A stretch of DNA of 64,000 nt from the human T2T-CHM13v2.0 reference genome, Homo sapiens (GCF_009914755.1 NC_060926.1); one strand, 5' to 3'; positions 16,857 through 33,011 are shown, counted from the first letter of the stretch. A program made the numbers and translations. Notes: generated by a model not told the origin, from the letters alone.

Positions 16857-19800
16857 CTGGAGTTGGAATGCAGTGCAGGAAAATGAAAGAAGGAAAAAAA
16901 AAGCTTTTAATTTTTCTTACAAAGCAACAATAAAACCAAAAATTAAACTGTCCCTTCCCATCCCAGCAATATCCACAATTCCCCAAATTAGTAACCCCCT
17001 CATTAATTTCTTCATTAAAATTTATAAATTAGCCAAAAATATCATATCAAAATGTCTAAAGATAAACAAATTTAGCTAAACAGTCTAAACTACTTCAGAA
17101 AACAGTTGCAGTAATTTGATTATGTAACAGAGTAAAACTGTTAGGGCATTTAAATGTGGATACAATGAATACTTCCCATTCTTTAATATTCTTCCCATGC
17201 ATTTCAATTTCAAGGAGCCATCATAACGCCATCAGCTGTGGACTTAAGGTTTATTAGCTTCCCTGTGATACATAATGGAGCTCTTATGGATCTGAATTAC
17301 AATGGATAAGAATACTCTTTTCTGTCAATATCCAAGCATTTTGTTGTCATTTTTTTCATTACTAATCCTTCTTGACATCCCTACCAGGTTTGTGGGCTTG
17401 AAAGCAGATTGCAACTAACAGATAGGGAAGATGGCTGGGCACAGTGCCTCATGCCGAGGCCAAAGCAGGATTGCTTGAGCCCAAGAATTCAAGATGAGCC
17501 TGAGCAACATAGTGAGACCTCATCTCTACAAAAAATATTTTTAAAATGTTTAAAAAGAAAAAGAGGAGGAAGATGCAGGCTTAACCACAAAGGAATCCTC
17601 CAACCTTAGATATATTATCAATACAAATAATGTTCTTCATTCTAAAACTAAGCTCTTTCTAATGAAATCACTTCAAGGCAATTCAGCTTGGCAAATAATC
17701 AAATGATCTACTCTGCAGGGATAAGGATTTCTGCTGAAAAGTAGTAGAGAATATTGACTTTATTTCCCTTGCTATATACACTTTTGCATGTGGAGAGATA
17801 TGGGAAAAAAAATAGGTGCTCTGATTGGTTTTTAGTATAAAGTAAGCTAAAACATATAACCTTAAATACTGTATGAAAGAGATTATTTTCTTCATAAACA
17901 AATTAGTACTAATCAGATGTCATTAGGACTCCCCCAGACAGAGGTAAAATCTCAGTCTCTAAAATGTTTATTGAGCATAATCTTTGCTGGGTGGTTCCCA
18001 GAGTTCTTTACAATCTAGGCAGTTGGCCACACTCATTCATTAGCTATATAACTTACTCACCTATACTAATCTTATAGTGTGAAAGATTCAAACTCACCAC
18101 AATTACTAATTATATATCATGAACCCTTGGGATCACTCATGAATGGTCTAATTCATAAAATGCCAAATTTGTGGACAATAAATTCACGAACAAATAATCT
18201 TCCTAATTTATTTCCCCTCTTCTATTCATGAATGGAAAGACAAGAAAAACTAGTCAGAGAATAGGGTCTCAAGAACTGAATATTTTACTATTTTTCTCTT
18301 CTTTCCTAAAAACTCTATTTCTCTATTAGCTGATAGAAGAGTCAAGATATTACAGTTAATAAGACGAGCAAAGCAGGTTAAGGAAACTCCAAAGGGGGGT
18401 GGGGGGGGGGCGTGGGAAGCACTAAAGGCAATAGCTACTTCAGAAGGAAGGCATTAAGTCCGACACTTAATGCTATAAAAGCACATCTGTAAACACTAAT
18501 GGCAGCCACAGCTGATGGAAGGGAAAAACCTATTGTATATCTAGCCTAAGCACAGAAGTAGTAATGAGTAGTTACAGTAAAGAATTAATAGGCATGGTTT
18601 CAAAGAATATTCAGGGCGTGTATTCTGTCAACAGTGTGTAGGCTTAATGTGTAGATTTAATTGTTCTATTTTTTGTAAGCCAGAATATCCAAATTGCATA
18701 CAACTAGTCTCAAGTTCTTATCTGTTAGATATAAAGTGACATATTCATGTGATAAAATGACTGCAATTTATTTCAGAACAGCCCAGGGTGTAAATACTAT
18801 TTATAGTTTATGATGGAGGATGTATCCTTTTGTTTTTACAATTTTCGAAAAGTAAAAATTTATATTTTAAAAAAGCGTCTTCAGGCCAGGTACTGTGGCT
18901 CACATCTGTAATCCCAGCAGTTTGGGAGGCCAAGGTGGGAGGATCCCTTAAGCCCAGGAGTTTGAGACCAGCCCGTGCAACACAGAGACCTTGTCTCTAC
19001 AAAAAATTTAAAAATTAGCCAGGCATGGTGGTGTGTGCCTGTGGTTCCAGCTACTAGGGAGGCTGAGGTGGGAGAATCACTTGAGGCTGGGAGGTTGAGG
19101 CTGCAGTGAGCCGTGATTAAAAAACAAAATAAAACAAAACCAAGAGGCGGCCAGGTGCAGTGGCTCATGCCTGTAAACCCAGCACTTTGGGAGGCCGAAG
19201 CAGGCAGACCACTTGAGTCCAGGAGTTCAAGACCAGCCTGAGCAACATGGCAAAACCCTGTCTCTACAAAAAAAAAAAAAAAAAAACACAAAAAATTAGC
19301 CAAGCACGGTGGCGCACGCCTGTGGTCCCAGCTACTTAGGAAGTCAAGGCTGCGGTGAGCCATGATCGTGCCACTGCACTCCAGTCTGGGTGACAGTGAG
19401 ACTATCTCAAAAAGAAAGAAAGAAAAAGAAAGAAGTTACATTCACTCATGTGTTCAGCTGTACCTGTATATTTTTATGTATTACATAAATATGTAGTAGC
19501 TAATATTTATTCCCCAAAAGGTGGGACAGATTCCCCAGCAGAGGGCTTTTCAGCTAAGCTCTTTTAGTACCTAGTAGGCAGTTTCCTGTGGCCACCTCAG
19601 GCTGCAGCACCAATGAACTTTGCCATCCACTGAACTAGAGCCCTGCTTTCTTTTTACCTTTGAATAGTTAATCCCTGGTTAATCTGTTAATAAGTTCCAG
19701 TTAATAACTTTCCTGTTCAAATTACTGTGTACTTTCTGGTCTTCTGATCAGACCATAAGAACTATAGAAGTGTATAGCTCAGAGACTTACACAGAACTCT

Positions 19801-20928
19801 TAACTTATCAATGCCCAAAATCCCAGAAACAGTTCCATTAAGCTGTGTGGGAGTAGCCATGTGAGCATATTTGGGAGGCTGGAGTTTGAATCACCTCTGA
19901 CACTCCTGACAAATAGTTTGTAATGACAAGAAGAAATATGGGCACAAGTCGGGAGAAACTTAAACTGGGGCACTAGGTGCTCTTTGTTTCTCTGCAAACT
20001 GTAAAATCAGCATCATCAGACAAAAAGGAAAGCGCTTTTTTAAAAAGGCTATTTTATATACTGATGGCTAATGACAACCATTTTGCCATAACTGTTACTT
20101 TGATTCAAGGTAAAATAAAATTCTGAATCGTTTCCCTTAGTAACTGAAGTATACCGTCAAAATGTACACAAAAATGGACACATCTCTCTGAATCTTTGGT
20201 TTTATTTCCAGTGTCTCAGGAGGGAAACAAAATACCTAACCATTCCTTCAATATTTAGATTCATACAAATGCACAGTATAATCCAGAATCAACACATGAG
20301 CTGTAATAATGAGAATAGGGGTTCCTTAAACAAACCCAATAAACAAAATCTCTACCCAATGAATAATATAGATTTTTAAAAAGCAAACTGTCTACAGAAA
20401 AACAAATGAGTAAAAGCTTACAAAATTGTTTTAAAGGTTCTAACAGTACTTCAAATTTGGAACAAGCAATTCTGTGTTGAAGAGCTCAACCCTAGGAAAC
20501 CACTGCCACATTATCATTGGTATTTATGTAACAAACAGAAATTAGGTTATATTTTAGCCACAGAAAATTGAACAAGGAGGTGAGACATCTCTCAACAAAA
20601 TTCTTTTTACTATTTTTGATTTTATGAAATAACTGTTTATTGGTAAACAGTATGGGAATTAACTCTTCTCTACTTACAAATGACCAGATATCACAGCTAC
20701 AGCATTTATCTATAGTATAACTTTTCATGTCTTCTTGTTTTAACTGTTACAAAAAGAACTAAGCTAATTTAAAGAACTCCACAATGCCTTTGCTATTGAC
20801 TCTGACTACTAAGTGTAACAGAAACAGTTCTTAACCTCTCCTGGCCTAAGTCATGTCCTCCCATTTCACCTGAAACATCCAAACTTCTGTCTTTTTTCTT
20901 CCCTATTACTCCTATGGGAAATTCTATC

Positions 20929-21346
20929 TTTTTTTTTTTTTTTTTTTTTTTTTAAGAGGCAGGGTCTTGCTTTGTTGCCCAGGGCTGGAGTGCAGTGGCA
21001 CGATCACGGCTCATTGCAGCCTTGACCTCCTGGGCTCAAGTGATCCTCCTGCCTCAGCCTCCCAGCATATTTGGGAGGCTGGAGTTTGAATCACCTCTGA
21101 CACTTCCTGAGGTGATTATTATTAATATACGAGGTACTAATAATACCTCATATATTCATAGGACATATATTCATGGGACTATAGGCTTGCACTACCATGT
21201 TTTCTTTTTTTTTTTTTTCTTTTTTTTGTAAAGACAAGGTCTCGCTATCTTGTTCACGCTGGTCTCAAACCCCAGGCCTCAAGTAATCCTCTCGTCTCAG
21301 CTTCCCAAAGTGTTGCGGTTACAGGCATGAGCCACCATGCCCAGCT
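20929..21346 (-). mobile_element. AluJ carrying a ~110-bp non-Alu templated insertion (21064-21174)
   Basis: The Alu consensus is interrupted between cctcagcctccc and tgggactatagg. Confidence 0.85.
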
Positions 21347-21679
21347 TAAACTATCTTTAAAATTAGTGCATTAATGCATAAAAACAACATAATGGAATAC
21401 AAAAAGTCACAGATCCTCGTGAGGGGAAAAATTTAAGGACCTTTTTCTTATTTTCTAAAATGCTGCTATGCTTTATAGTTATAAACAGGCATTTAATTTA
21501 AATATTGTAATGCTTTTATAAAAAAATAAAAAAGGAATTCACGTTTCTAATTAATTCTCAGAGTTCCATACTTTGGATAAATGATTTCCAATCTTACCAC
21601 CTAACTTCTTAAAGGGGCTAGTACCTGAATCTTTCGCAGCTAGGAGCCAACCACTTCTTTTTAAATATTTTATTGGTTG

Positions 21680-22110
21680 GTTGCGGTAAAACCCACATAA
21701 CATAAAAGTTACCATTTTAACCGTTTTTAATCAGTGGCATTAAGTACATTCACAATGCTGTGCAACTGTCACCATCATCCATCTTTAGAACGTTTTCAAC
21801 GTCTCTAACAGAAATTCTGTACTCATTTAATAGAAACTCACTATTCCCCACTACTCCAGTCTGTGGTAACCTCTATTCTACTTTCTCTCTATGAACTTAC
21901 CTATTTTAGGTATCTCATGTAACTGGAGTCATATATTTGTCTTTTTGGGTCTGGCTTACTTCACTTAGCATAATGTTTTCAAGGTTCATCCATACTGTAG
22001 CATGTATCAGAATTTTATATCTTCTTAAGACTGAATAATATTCCATTGTATGCATATACCTTATTTTGTTTATTCATTAATCTGTTCATAAATATTTCAG
22101 TTGTTACCAC
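21680..22110 (-). mobile_element. L1MB-like 3' fragment
   Basis: Motifs ctggcttacttcacttagcataatgttttcaaggttcatcca and aataatattccattgtatg. Confidence 0.75.
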
Positions 22111-22359
22111 TTTAATAAATTTTAAAATCAAACAAAAATGGTATTGAATCTAGGCAAAATTCTTCAAAATCTGGGAGCCAAAGGAAAAATATAAAGGGAG
22201 TAGAGCTCAAAGTCATGTATTAAGGTCCGAGGAATGAAAATAAAACAGTAAGTAGTCACACACCTTTAAGAAGCATAGTACGTGTTTCATTCTGTAATCT
22301 TTCTAAAAACTTTTAAGAGTATAAGACTACCAGCCAGGCATGGTGGCTCACGCCTGTTA

Positions 22360-22698
<339 letters not shown>

Positions 22699-23075
22699 TC
22701 ATATATTCATTAACAAGTAGGTTTTAAATACTTGTTATGCATCATATGCTGAGGAGTGGGGAAAGATAATGTCACTGCCTCTGGAGCTACCTTAACGTAA
22801 GGTACAGAGAAATTGTATGTTTTTTTACCACCACAAACATATATAATTTCAAACCTTAGTGCTATAAAGAACACAGAACATGCCAGGCACGGTAGCTCAT
22901 GCCTGTAATCCCTGTACTTTGGGAGGCCGAGGAGGGCAGATCATTTGAGGTCAGGAGTTCGAGACCAGCCTGGCCAACTTGGTGAAACCCTGTCTCTACT
23001 AAAAATACAAAAATTAGCTTTGGGAGACCGAGGAGGGTGGATCACGAGGTCAGGAGATCGAGACCATCCTGGCTA

Positions 23076-23497
<422 letters not shown>

Positions 23498-24002
23498 TCA
23501 AGACCAGTAAGTCAACCAAAATTGTCTCTGAAAAAGAGGTATCCAAATGGAGACCTAAAAGACTTAACTGTCCAATAGGTGAGCGAAAGCACATTCCCTG
23601 CTAAGGGTGGTCAGCATGTACTGCTTTGTTGTGCTGTAACTGCATTACCACAATATAGTTTAACCAGGAAAAGCTACTTTCAATTGTCACTATGTAAACC
23701 AGAAGCTATCTGATGATTCACACTTTACTACCTTTTGAAAAAAAACTCTTCCATTTTTTCCTGCTGTTTTTGTTTGTTTTTAATAATCTTTATTTATTTA
23801 CTATTCCTGCTTGCTCCCTGGAAATGATCATGGTAAGTTTAAAGTCCCAGAGCCTTACTATGTTACAGCTGGATGATACTGACATTAAGACCTCCTGGCC
23901 TCAAGTGATCTGCCTGCCTCGGCCTCCCAAAGTGCTGGGATTACAGGCATGAGCCACTGCGCCCAGCCCACAAAAGGTACTTTTAAAAGCTAATTCTTCA
24001 AG

Positions 24003-24754
<752 letters not shown>

Positions 24755-25249
24755 TTCAAATGCATTTTAATGTTTTAATTTTAAAATGTTTACACTCAAT
24801 TTTTCAGGGATGTGTTATATAAAGTAAGGTAAACTAATATATTTTACTTTTTCATACCAATGAAGCAAACCTAACTTATTTCAACCTACTGAAGTTTGAC
24901 TATAAATCAAAAAAGAATTTAAACTGCTTTAGAAAGGGAGAGCAAATAAAAAAACTCAACTAGAATTTCACGTCAGAGAAAAGAAAATGAGTGCCCATAG
25001 TCCCAGCTTCAGGAGGCAGAGATGAGAGAATCACTTAAGGCCAGGAGTTGAAGGCTGCAGTACACCATGATCATGGCTGTGAACAGCCACTGCACTCAAG
25101 GCTGGGCAACATAATGAGACTCCATCTCTTAAAAAAAAAAAAAAAAAAGAAAGAAAGAAAGAAAGAAAAAATGAGAAATAAAATCTAGAACATGCAATGG
25201 CTATTCATCAAGAAATACACTGTCTATTTACAAATATTTGGGCATAGCT

Positions 25250-25471
25250 TACTGTTTCTCAATGGGAACACTATTGGCACCTGAGATGAAAAACTATTCA
25301 ATGTGAAGCAACGTCCAACACAATGCAAATTTAGCATTCCTGTTACCTGCCCACTAAATGCCATTGTGTTCCCCTACCCCAATCACTGTGATACTCAAAA
25401 ACAGCCCCCCAAAATTCTAAACTCTTTCTCCAAGAGTGTTACACAATGCCACCTATAGTTGAAAACCAGTA
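25250..25471. mobile_element. MER20-like hAT-Charlie DNA transposon remnant
   Basis: The termini gtttctcaa...gttgaaaaccag and the internal cccactaaatgcca motif match the MER20 pattern. Confidence 0.65.
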
Positions 25472-26118
25472 GTTTGAAAGCACTGCAAACTTTTCCTATC
25501 TTAATGAAAATCTAACATAGACTCCCAAATTTCTGTCTTAATATACAGAGCATACTTAATATAATTTTAACATTTCTTGATGATAGAGAGTCTTGATTAA
25601 GAACACTGACTATTGGCCAGGCATGGTGACTCATGCCTGTAATTCTAGCACTTTGGGAGGACAAAGCAGGCAGATTGCCTGAGCTCAGGAGTCTGAGAAC
25701 AGCCTGGGCAAAATGGTGAAACCCTGTCTCTACTAAAAGTACAAAAATTAGGCATGGTGGTGCGTGTCTGTAATCCCAGCTACTCAGGAGGCTGAGGCAG
25801 GAGAAATGCTTGAACCCGGGAGGCAGAGTTGCAGTGAGCCAAGATCGTGCCACTGCACTCCAGCCTGGGTGACAAAGTCAGACTCCGTCTCAAAAAAAAA
25901 AACAAACAAAAAAAACAAAACAAAAAAGAACACACACACACATTGACTATTAAGTATTACTGTAATTTTTTTTTTTTTTACAAGACAGCTTCTTGCTCTG
26001 TCACCAAGGCTGGGGTACAATAGCACCTTCTTAGCACTCTGCAGCCTCGAACTCCTGGACTCAAGCAATCCTCCAACTCAGCCTCTGAAATACTATAGGA
26101 GCACACCACCACATCTAG

Positions 26119-26265
<147 letters not shown>

Positions 26266-26795
26266 TAATAAGGTTCTTAGAAATTAAAGTCTGTGTTATC
26301 TTTGATCCTGTACTAATGGCCCAAGTCTATTATATTTGAACATGTTAAGACTATTATTTGACATATATACTGCTTTACAGTTCTTTTTCATTTTATCCTT
26401 TTTAGCCAGCATTATTTCTTCTGGGACTATCTGTCTACCTCTAGGACTCTCCCTGTATGAGAGTAATTTTTATCACTAATGACCAAGTTTATTAAATCAA
26501 AAAGCCTAAAGAGACAGATGAAGGCTTGAAGATGGCTCCAGGTCTTCCTAAAAATTAAAGTGCATGGGCTTAAAGATAGCTACCCTCTAAGAATTGGTTT
26601 TAAAACCTTCTGGTTTAAAACTTTCTGGTTTTAAAACTATGTAATGACTTAAAAAATGCCAAAGATCTGACATCTGATCAGAACAAAGCATTTATTATTA
26701 AGTAATTAATCTTCAGGACTAAAGTATACTATTATATACTACCAAATACTCTGATCAAGTATTATAATTATTACTAAAAATATTTAAATAACTCA

Positions 26796-26912
<117 letters not shown>

Positions 26913-27189
26913 TTATTTCAAGTTATTATAATTCTATATATATTTCTTATAATTACGTCTTAAAAGCTAAAATTAATAACCCAATTATTCACTACTAATA
27001 CATATGCAATTGTTTACTTTCTCCCTCCATCCCCACATCCCTTCACTACCTGTGACCTACTGCAAGCACATTAAGATTATCCATTTCCTGGTAAATGTAT
27101 AGCAAAGCCTACTAAATCATAGGTGCACAATAAATTCTTAACCAAAACAAGTAAACAATATGATTATAATAAAATTAAAGTAATATCTG

Positions 27190-27680
27190 TGTTCTGGTTC
27201 TGGTAAAGACATAGTAGGCAAAGTCCATTCTGTCTCTCCCACTGAATGCAACTAAAAACCTGGACAGAATGCATGAAGCAGCTATTTGAGGACTCCGAAA
27301 ATGGTAGCAGGTGGCCTGGCCTGGGGAGGAAAGCACAACTAGCAGTACCACACTAGTCCAGCAGTGAGTTTCCTGATTTTGTTTCCCTCTGGTAGCTCCC
27401 CTGAGCCTGGACTTAAAGGCAGCCCAAAACCCGGAACTGCAGACTAAGTGCAGGCAGAAAGTGCTCCAAGAGAAAAATATTTTTTGGTCTGAGGCACAGT
27501 AAAGAGGGCATTTCTAAAGGTTGGATAGAGGGAGAGAAAATTATCTGGGTTTTTCCCCCCTTTCCTTTTTCTCCGCCCTTGCCCCAGGCAATCGCATGGG
27601 AGCAGCTGTGGTAATACCAGCAGTGGCTAACCTTGCAAGGGGTCCTACAAGCATGGGAGGAATTCCCATGATTCATCTTG
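27190..27680 (+). mobile_element. Old L1M 5'-end fragment
   Basis: The motif ctcccactgaatgcaactaaaaacctggacagaatgca is shared with the L1 start at ~40930. Confidence 0.55.
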
Positions 27681-27857
27681 GCCAGGCACAGTGGTTCATG
27701 CCTGTAATCTCGGCACTTTGGAAGGCCGAGGCGGACAGATGACTCTTGAGGTCAGGAGTTCAAGACCAGCCTGGCCAATATGGTGAAACCCCATCTCTAC
27801 TGAAAATACAAAAATTAGTCAGGCGTGGTGGTGAGTGCCTGTAATCCCAGCTACTCA

Positions 27858-28097
<240 letters not shown>

Positions 28098-29775
28098 CTA
28101 CAGCCTGGGCAACAGAGCCTGTCTCAAAAATAGAAATAATGTCTAATATACAATTCAAACTTACTCAACACAGGAAGAGTAAGGAAATCAGCAACTCACA
28201 AGACAAAAGACAAGCTATATACAACAATAAACCCAATGTGACACAGATGTTGGAATTATCAGACAAAAGTAGCTATTATAACTATGCTTCAAGATGTCTG
28301 GTGAATATTCTTGAAACAAATAGCTAAGAGTCTCAACAGATATATACGTATATTTCATGTATGTTTTATTTTGTTGTTTACACTTACATTTATATATGAA
28401 ACAAAAATACAATAACCAGTAATATTTCCAAACATAATACAGCAAGATAAGTGGCGCCAAAATTCAAATCCAAGTCTTGCACCACTATAGCATGCTGTGT
28501 CCAGTGTTTGTAACTACTTTCTCATTTGGTCAGTCATAAAACCCAACACATATTTCTGTGTATCATCTTCCTTGATCTCTCTGCTACATCTAACATTATT
28601 AAACTGTTCCCTTCGCAGACATCACCTCCTAGACTCTTCTTTTTCCCCAAAATATTTTTCTCAGTTTTCTTTGTAGATGTCTTTTTCTATGCCCATCCCT
28701 CAAATATTTTATAAACATCCATTTACCCCTTTTACTTTTCACTCCACCAAAATTTCCCTTAATAACATTAACCACACCAAGCTTTCACCACTCACGTTTT
28801 GATGAAGCGGCAGTCTGTTAAAAAACTATTAAAAACTTGTAAAACTTGGATATCCCACATGCATTTCAAACTTTAGATGTCCAAAGTTAAACTTACTGCC
28901 TTCATCCAAGTTAAGGCCCATACAGAAAACTTCTATTTATTTATTGTTTATATACTAAAAATGTATTAAAGTACTGAAAATAAACAAAAATACACCATGG
29001 ACCTGGATAAATAGTTCACAAAAGGGTTAATATAACTGGATCACAACCATATGAAAAAGCATTTGCACACTGAAGTACTTACGGATGAAATCATATGATG
29101 TCTGGGACTTCAAAAAATATACAAGAAGTTGCAGGTTTAAATATAGCAAGATTGGCCATAAATTGATAATTATAGAAGGTAAATGATAAACAAAGATATT
29201 CACTATACTATTGTCCACTTTTGTGTACATATTCAATATCCTATAAAAATTTATGAAGCAAATGAAATACAATTATTTGACTTTACTAGCAATCAAATGT
29301 AATACATTTTAATGTGGGTTTTTTCCTGCCAATTTAAATGGCAAAAACATGGCAATAATAAACACCATGAAATGGCTATGTATGCACACATACATCTGTC
29401 CAAGGAGCCAGAAAACTGAAATTAATAAATATTTCTAGAGTGTCATTTCTCTGGCATATCAAATCTTAACTGAAAGGGGACTATTAAATCATTATCAGAA
29501 TGAGCCACACTCAGAACTGAAAATATTTATATTATCCATGTTAATGGTAAAAATTAATACTTTCTAATATATTCTGCAAAACAAGGAATTAAGTTATTTT
29601 AATATTTTAATGGGTTTTAAACATCATAAGATGTTAAGCTATTAGAAGTGGAGACCGGCTGGGCGCGGTGGCTCACACCTGTAATCCCAGCACTTTGGGA
29701 GGCCGAGATAGGTGGATCACAAGGTCAGGAGATCGAGACCATCCTGGCTAACATGGTAAAACCCTGTCTCTACTA

Positions 29776-29937
<162 letters not shown>

Positions 29938-30755
29938 TCAAAAATAAACAAACAAATAAATAAATAAATAGAAGTGGAGACCAAAAATTATGTCTTTTTA
30001 GTAAGGATTTCACTGATTTCCAAGATGTTCTGTACTTTAATCAAACACAGTAAACCAGTTGGTTAAAACTACTTAAGGAGGCCGGGCACCGTGACTCAGG
30101 CCTGTAATCCCAGTACTTTGGGAGGCCAAGGCATGCAGATCACCAGAAGTCAAGAGTTCAAGACCAGCCTGGCCAATGTGGTGAAACACCGTCTCTACTA
30201 AAAATACAAAAATTAACTGGGCATGGTGGCAGGTGCCTGTAGTCCCGGCTACTACGGAGGCTGAGGCAGGAAAACCGCTTGGACCAGGAGGCGGAGGTTG
30301 CAGTGAGCTGAGATCACACCATTGCGCTCCAACCTGGATGACAAGAGCGAAACTCCGTCTCAAAAAAAAAAAAAATTTACATATATATATATATATATGG
30401 AATATTTATTTTCTTTTAAAAAAATGTTTATCACAGTTTCCTTTAAATGCTAGGCATTTAGAATTAGTTTTTTTTTAGGCCAGGAACAGTGGCTCACACC
30501 TGTAATCCCAGCACTTTGGGAGGCCAAGGAAGGCAGATCACTTGAGGCCAGAAGTTCAAGACCAGCCTGGCCAACATGGAGATTCCCTGCCTCTGGTAAA
30601 AACACACACAAAAAGTTAGCTGGGGGTGGTGGTGGCTGGGCGCCTGTAATCCCAGTTACTCAGGAGGCTGGTTCAAGAATTCAAGAATCACTTGAACCCA
30701 GGAGGCAGAGGCTACAGTGAGACGAGACAGCGCCACGGTACTCTAGCCTGGATGA

Positions 30756-30920
<165 letters not shown>

Positions 30921-33011
30921 TGAGTAGCTAGGACTATAGGCATATGCCACCACACCTGGCTAATTTTTGTATTTTTTTGTAGAGACAGGGTTTTGCCATG
31001 TTGCCCAGGCCGGTCTCGAACTGCTGGGTTTTTGTACTTTTTGTAGAGATGGGGTTTTGCCATGTTGTCCAGGCTGGTCTCAAATTCCTGGGCTCAACAT
31101 TCCACCTGCCTCAGCCTCCCAAAGTGCCAGGATTACAGATGTGAGCTACCATGCCTGGCCTAAAATTAGTTTTAATTTAGAAAAGTATTATACTAAATTT
31201 TTTCAGACTACTTAAAGCTATAGTTTTGGGGAGAAAGAAAAATGTTTTTCAATTAAAGACTTAAATATTACACTTTTAAAACTTTTTATTATGGAAATCT
31301 AAAAAAAATTCACCAAATGAGAGAGAACATTACAATGAACCACCACATACCCATCACCCATTTTCAACAATTATCAACACATGGCCTATCTTGTTTCCTC
31401 CATACCTTCAGACACCCTCCGTCCACAAACTGGGTTATTCTGAAGCAAGCCTCAGACATTTCATTCATTATTATTGTAGTATATATCTCTGAAAACAAGG
31501 ACTTAAATTTTTTTTTTTACACCTCAGAAAATGACTATAATTCCTTAATATCAAATTATTTAGTCAATGTCCCAAATTTACAGGGAAAAACCACTTTTTT
31601 TAAACAGTTGGTTTGTTCAAATCAATAGACCCACATATACTGCATTTGGCTAACACATGTCTTGAAGTATCTTTTAATCTATGGGTTTCTCTCACTTTTT
31701 CTTCCAATTTACTTAGAGAAAAAACTAGTAAACTGTATTGTAGTTACACACATTCTGTATTTTGCTAATCGTATGGTCCTCTGTCCCTTGCATTTCCTGA
31801 AAATTAGAATCGAAATCTAGAGGCTTGCTCAGATTCAGATTTTATTTTAGCAAGAAAACTTCATAGGCTTATGGTATACTTCCTACCACACCACATCAGA
31901 ACACACAAAACATCTATGATCTCTTTTTTGAGATGCTAAGATATATCAGTGGGATAGATGTGGTCTATCTGATCCACTTATTATAAAGTTTCCCATCAGC
32001 ATTTCAATCTAATTGTTTTAGCAGCCACCGATGATCACTATCTCCATCATTTTATTTAGGGGCTGGAAAGTGCTGATAGTCTATCGTTCCTTTTTCATTT
32101 ATAAGCCAGAGTCCTTCTAAAAATAGATGCTTTCCACTATCTATTTGGTTACCCGAGGTACAATTCATATTAAAAAAGCAGGATAAGGCTGCATGCGGTG
32201 GCTCACGCCTGTAATCCCAGCAGGCCAAGGCAGGTGGACCACCTGAGGTCAGGAGTTTGAGACCAGCCTGGCCAACATGGTGAAACCTCATCTCTACTAA
32301 AACTACAAAAATTAGCCAGGTGTGGGGGCGCATGCCTGTAATCCCAGCTACTCCGAAGGCTGAGGCAGGAGGCAGGAGAATCACTTGAACCTGGGAGGCG
32401 AAAGTTGCAATGAGCCAACATTGTGCCACTGCACTCCAGCCTGGGCAACAAGAGCAAAACTCCTTCTCCAAAAAAAAAAAAAAAGAAAGAAAGAAAAGGG
32501 CAGGATAAGTAACTTATTTTTGTATTTACTGTTTTCAGAATAATTAGCTGGTTTTCTGGCATGCTCCAAAGGTGATTTGATTTCTGTTTCAAATACCACT
32601 ATTAATATGAGTATCATTTTATAAAGCAGCATTATGGATTTAAATATACTTTTGTGCTTTAATTACTGTATTTCCTCACTTGTGAATTGGCTATTCATTG
32701 GCTATTGTCCACTTATATACCATTTGTGAGAGCTCTCTAATTTACATTAAATATATTGAAACATTTACTGTCACATTTACTACAAACCCTTTCTTCCAGT
32801 TTATTCTTCATCTTTTTATCACTATTGATTTTCCATTAAAGTTTTTATTAATTTTATGTATTGTAACTGACTGGTCTTTTCTATTTCTTTAAGCATGTTT
32901 ACACTTAAATGTAGCTTCCCTCCCTTTGATAGCTTAATACTTTTTCTGTATTCGTTTACATTTAACTCTTATAATTCACATAAGAAAAAGTGCATGGGCC
33001 GGGCTCAGTCA

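Noticed and set aside
17190-17430. Non-repetitive stretch with a short minus-strand ATG ORF near the microexon
   Set aside because: No convincing splice sites or protein similarity. Conservation cannot be judged from this sequence alone.
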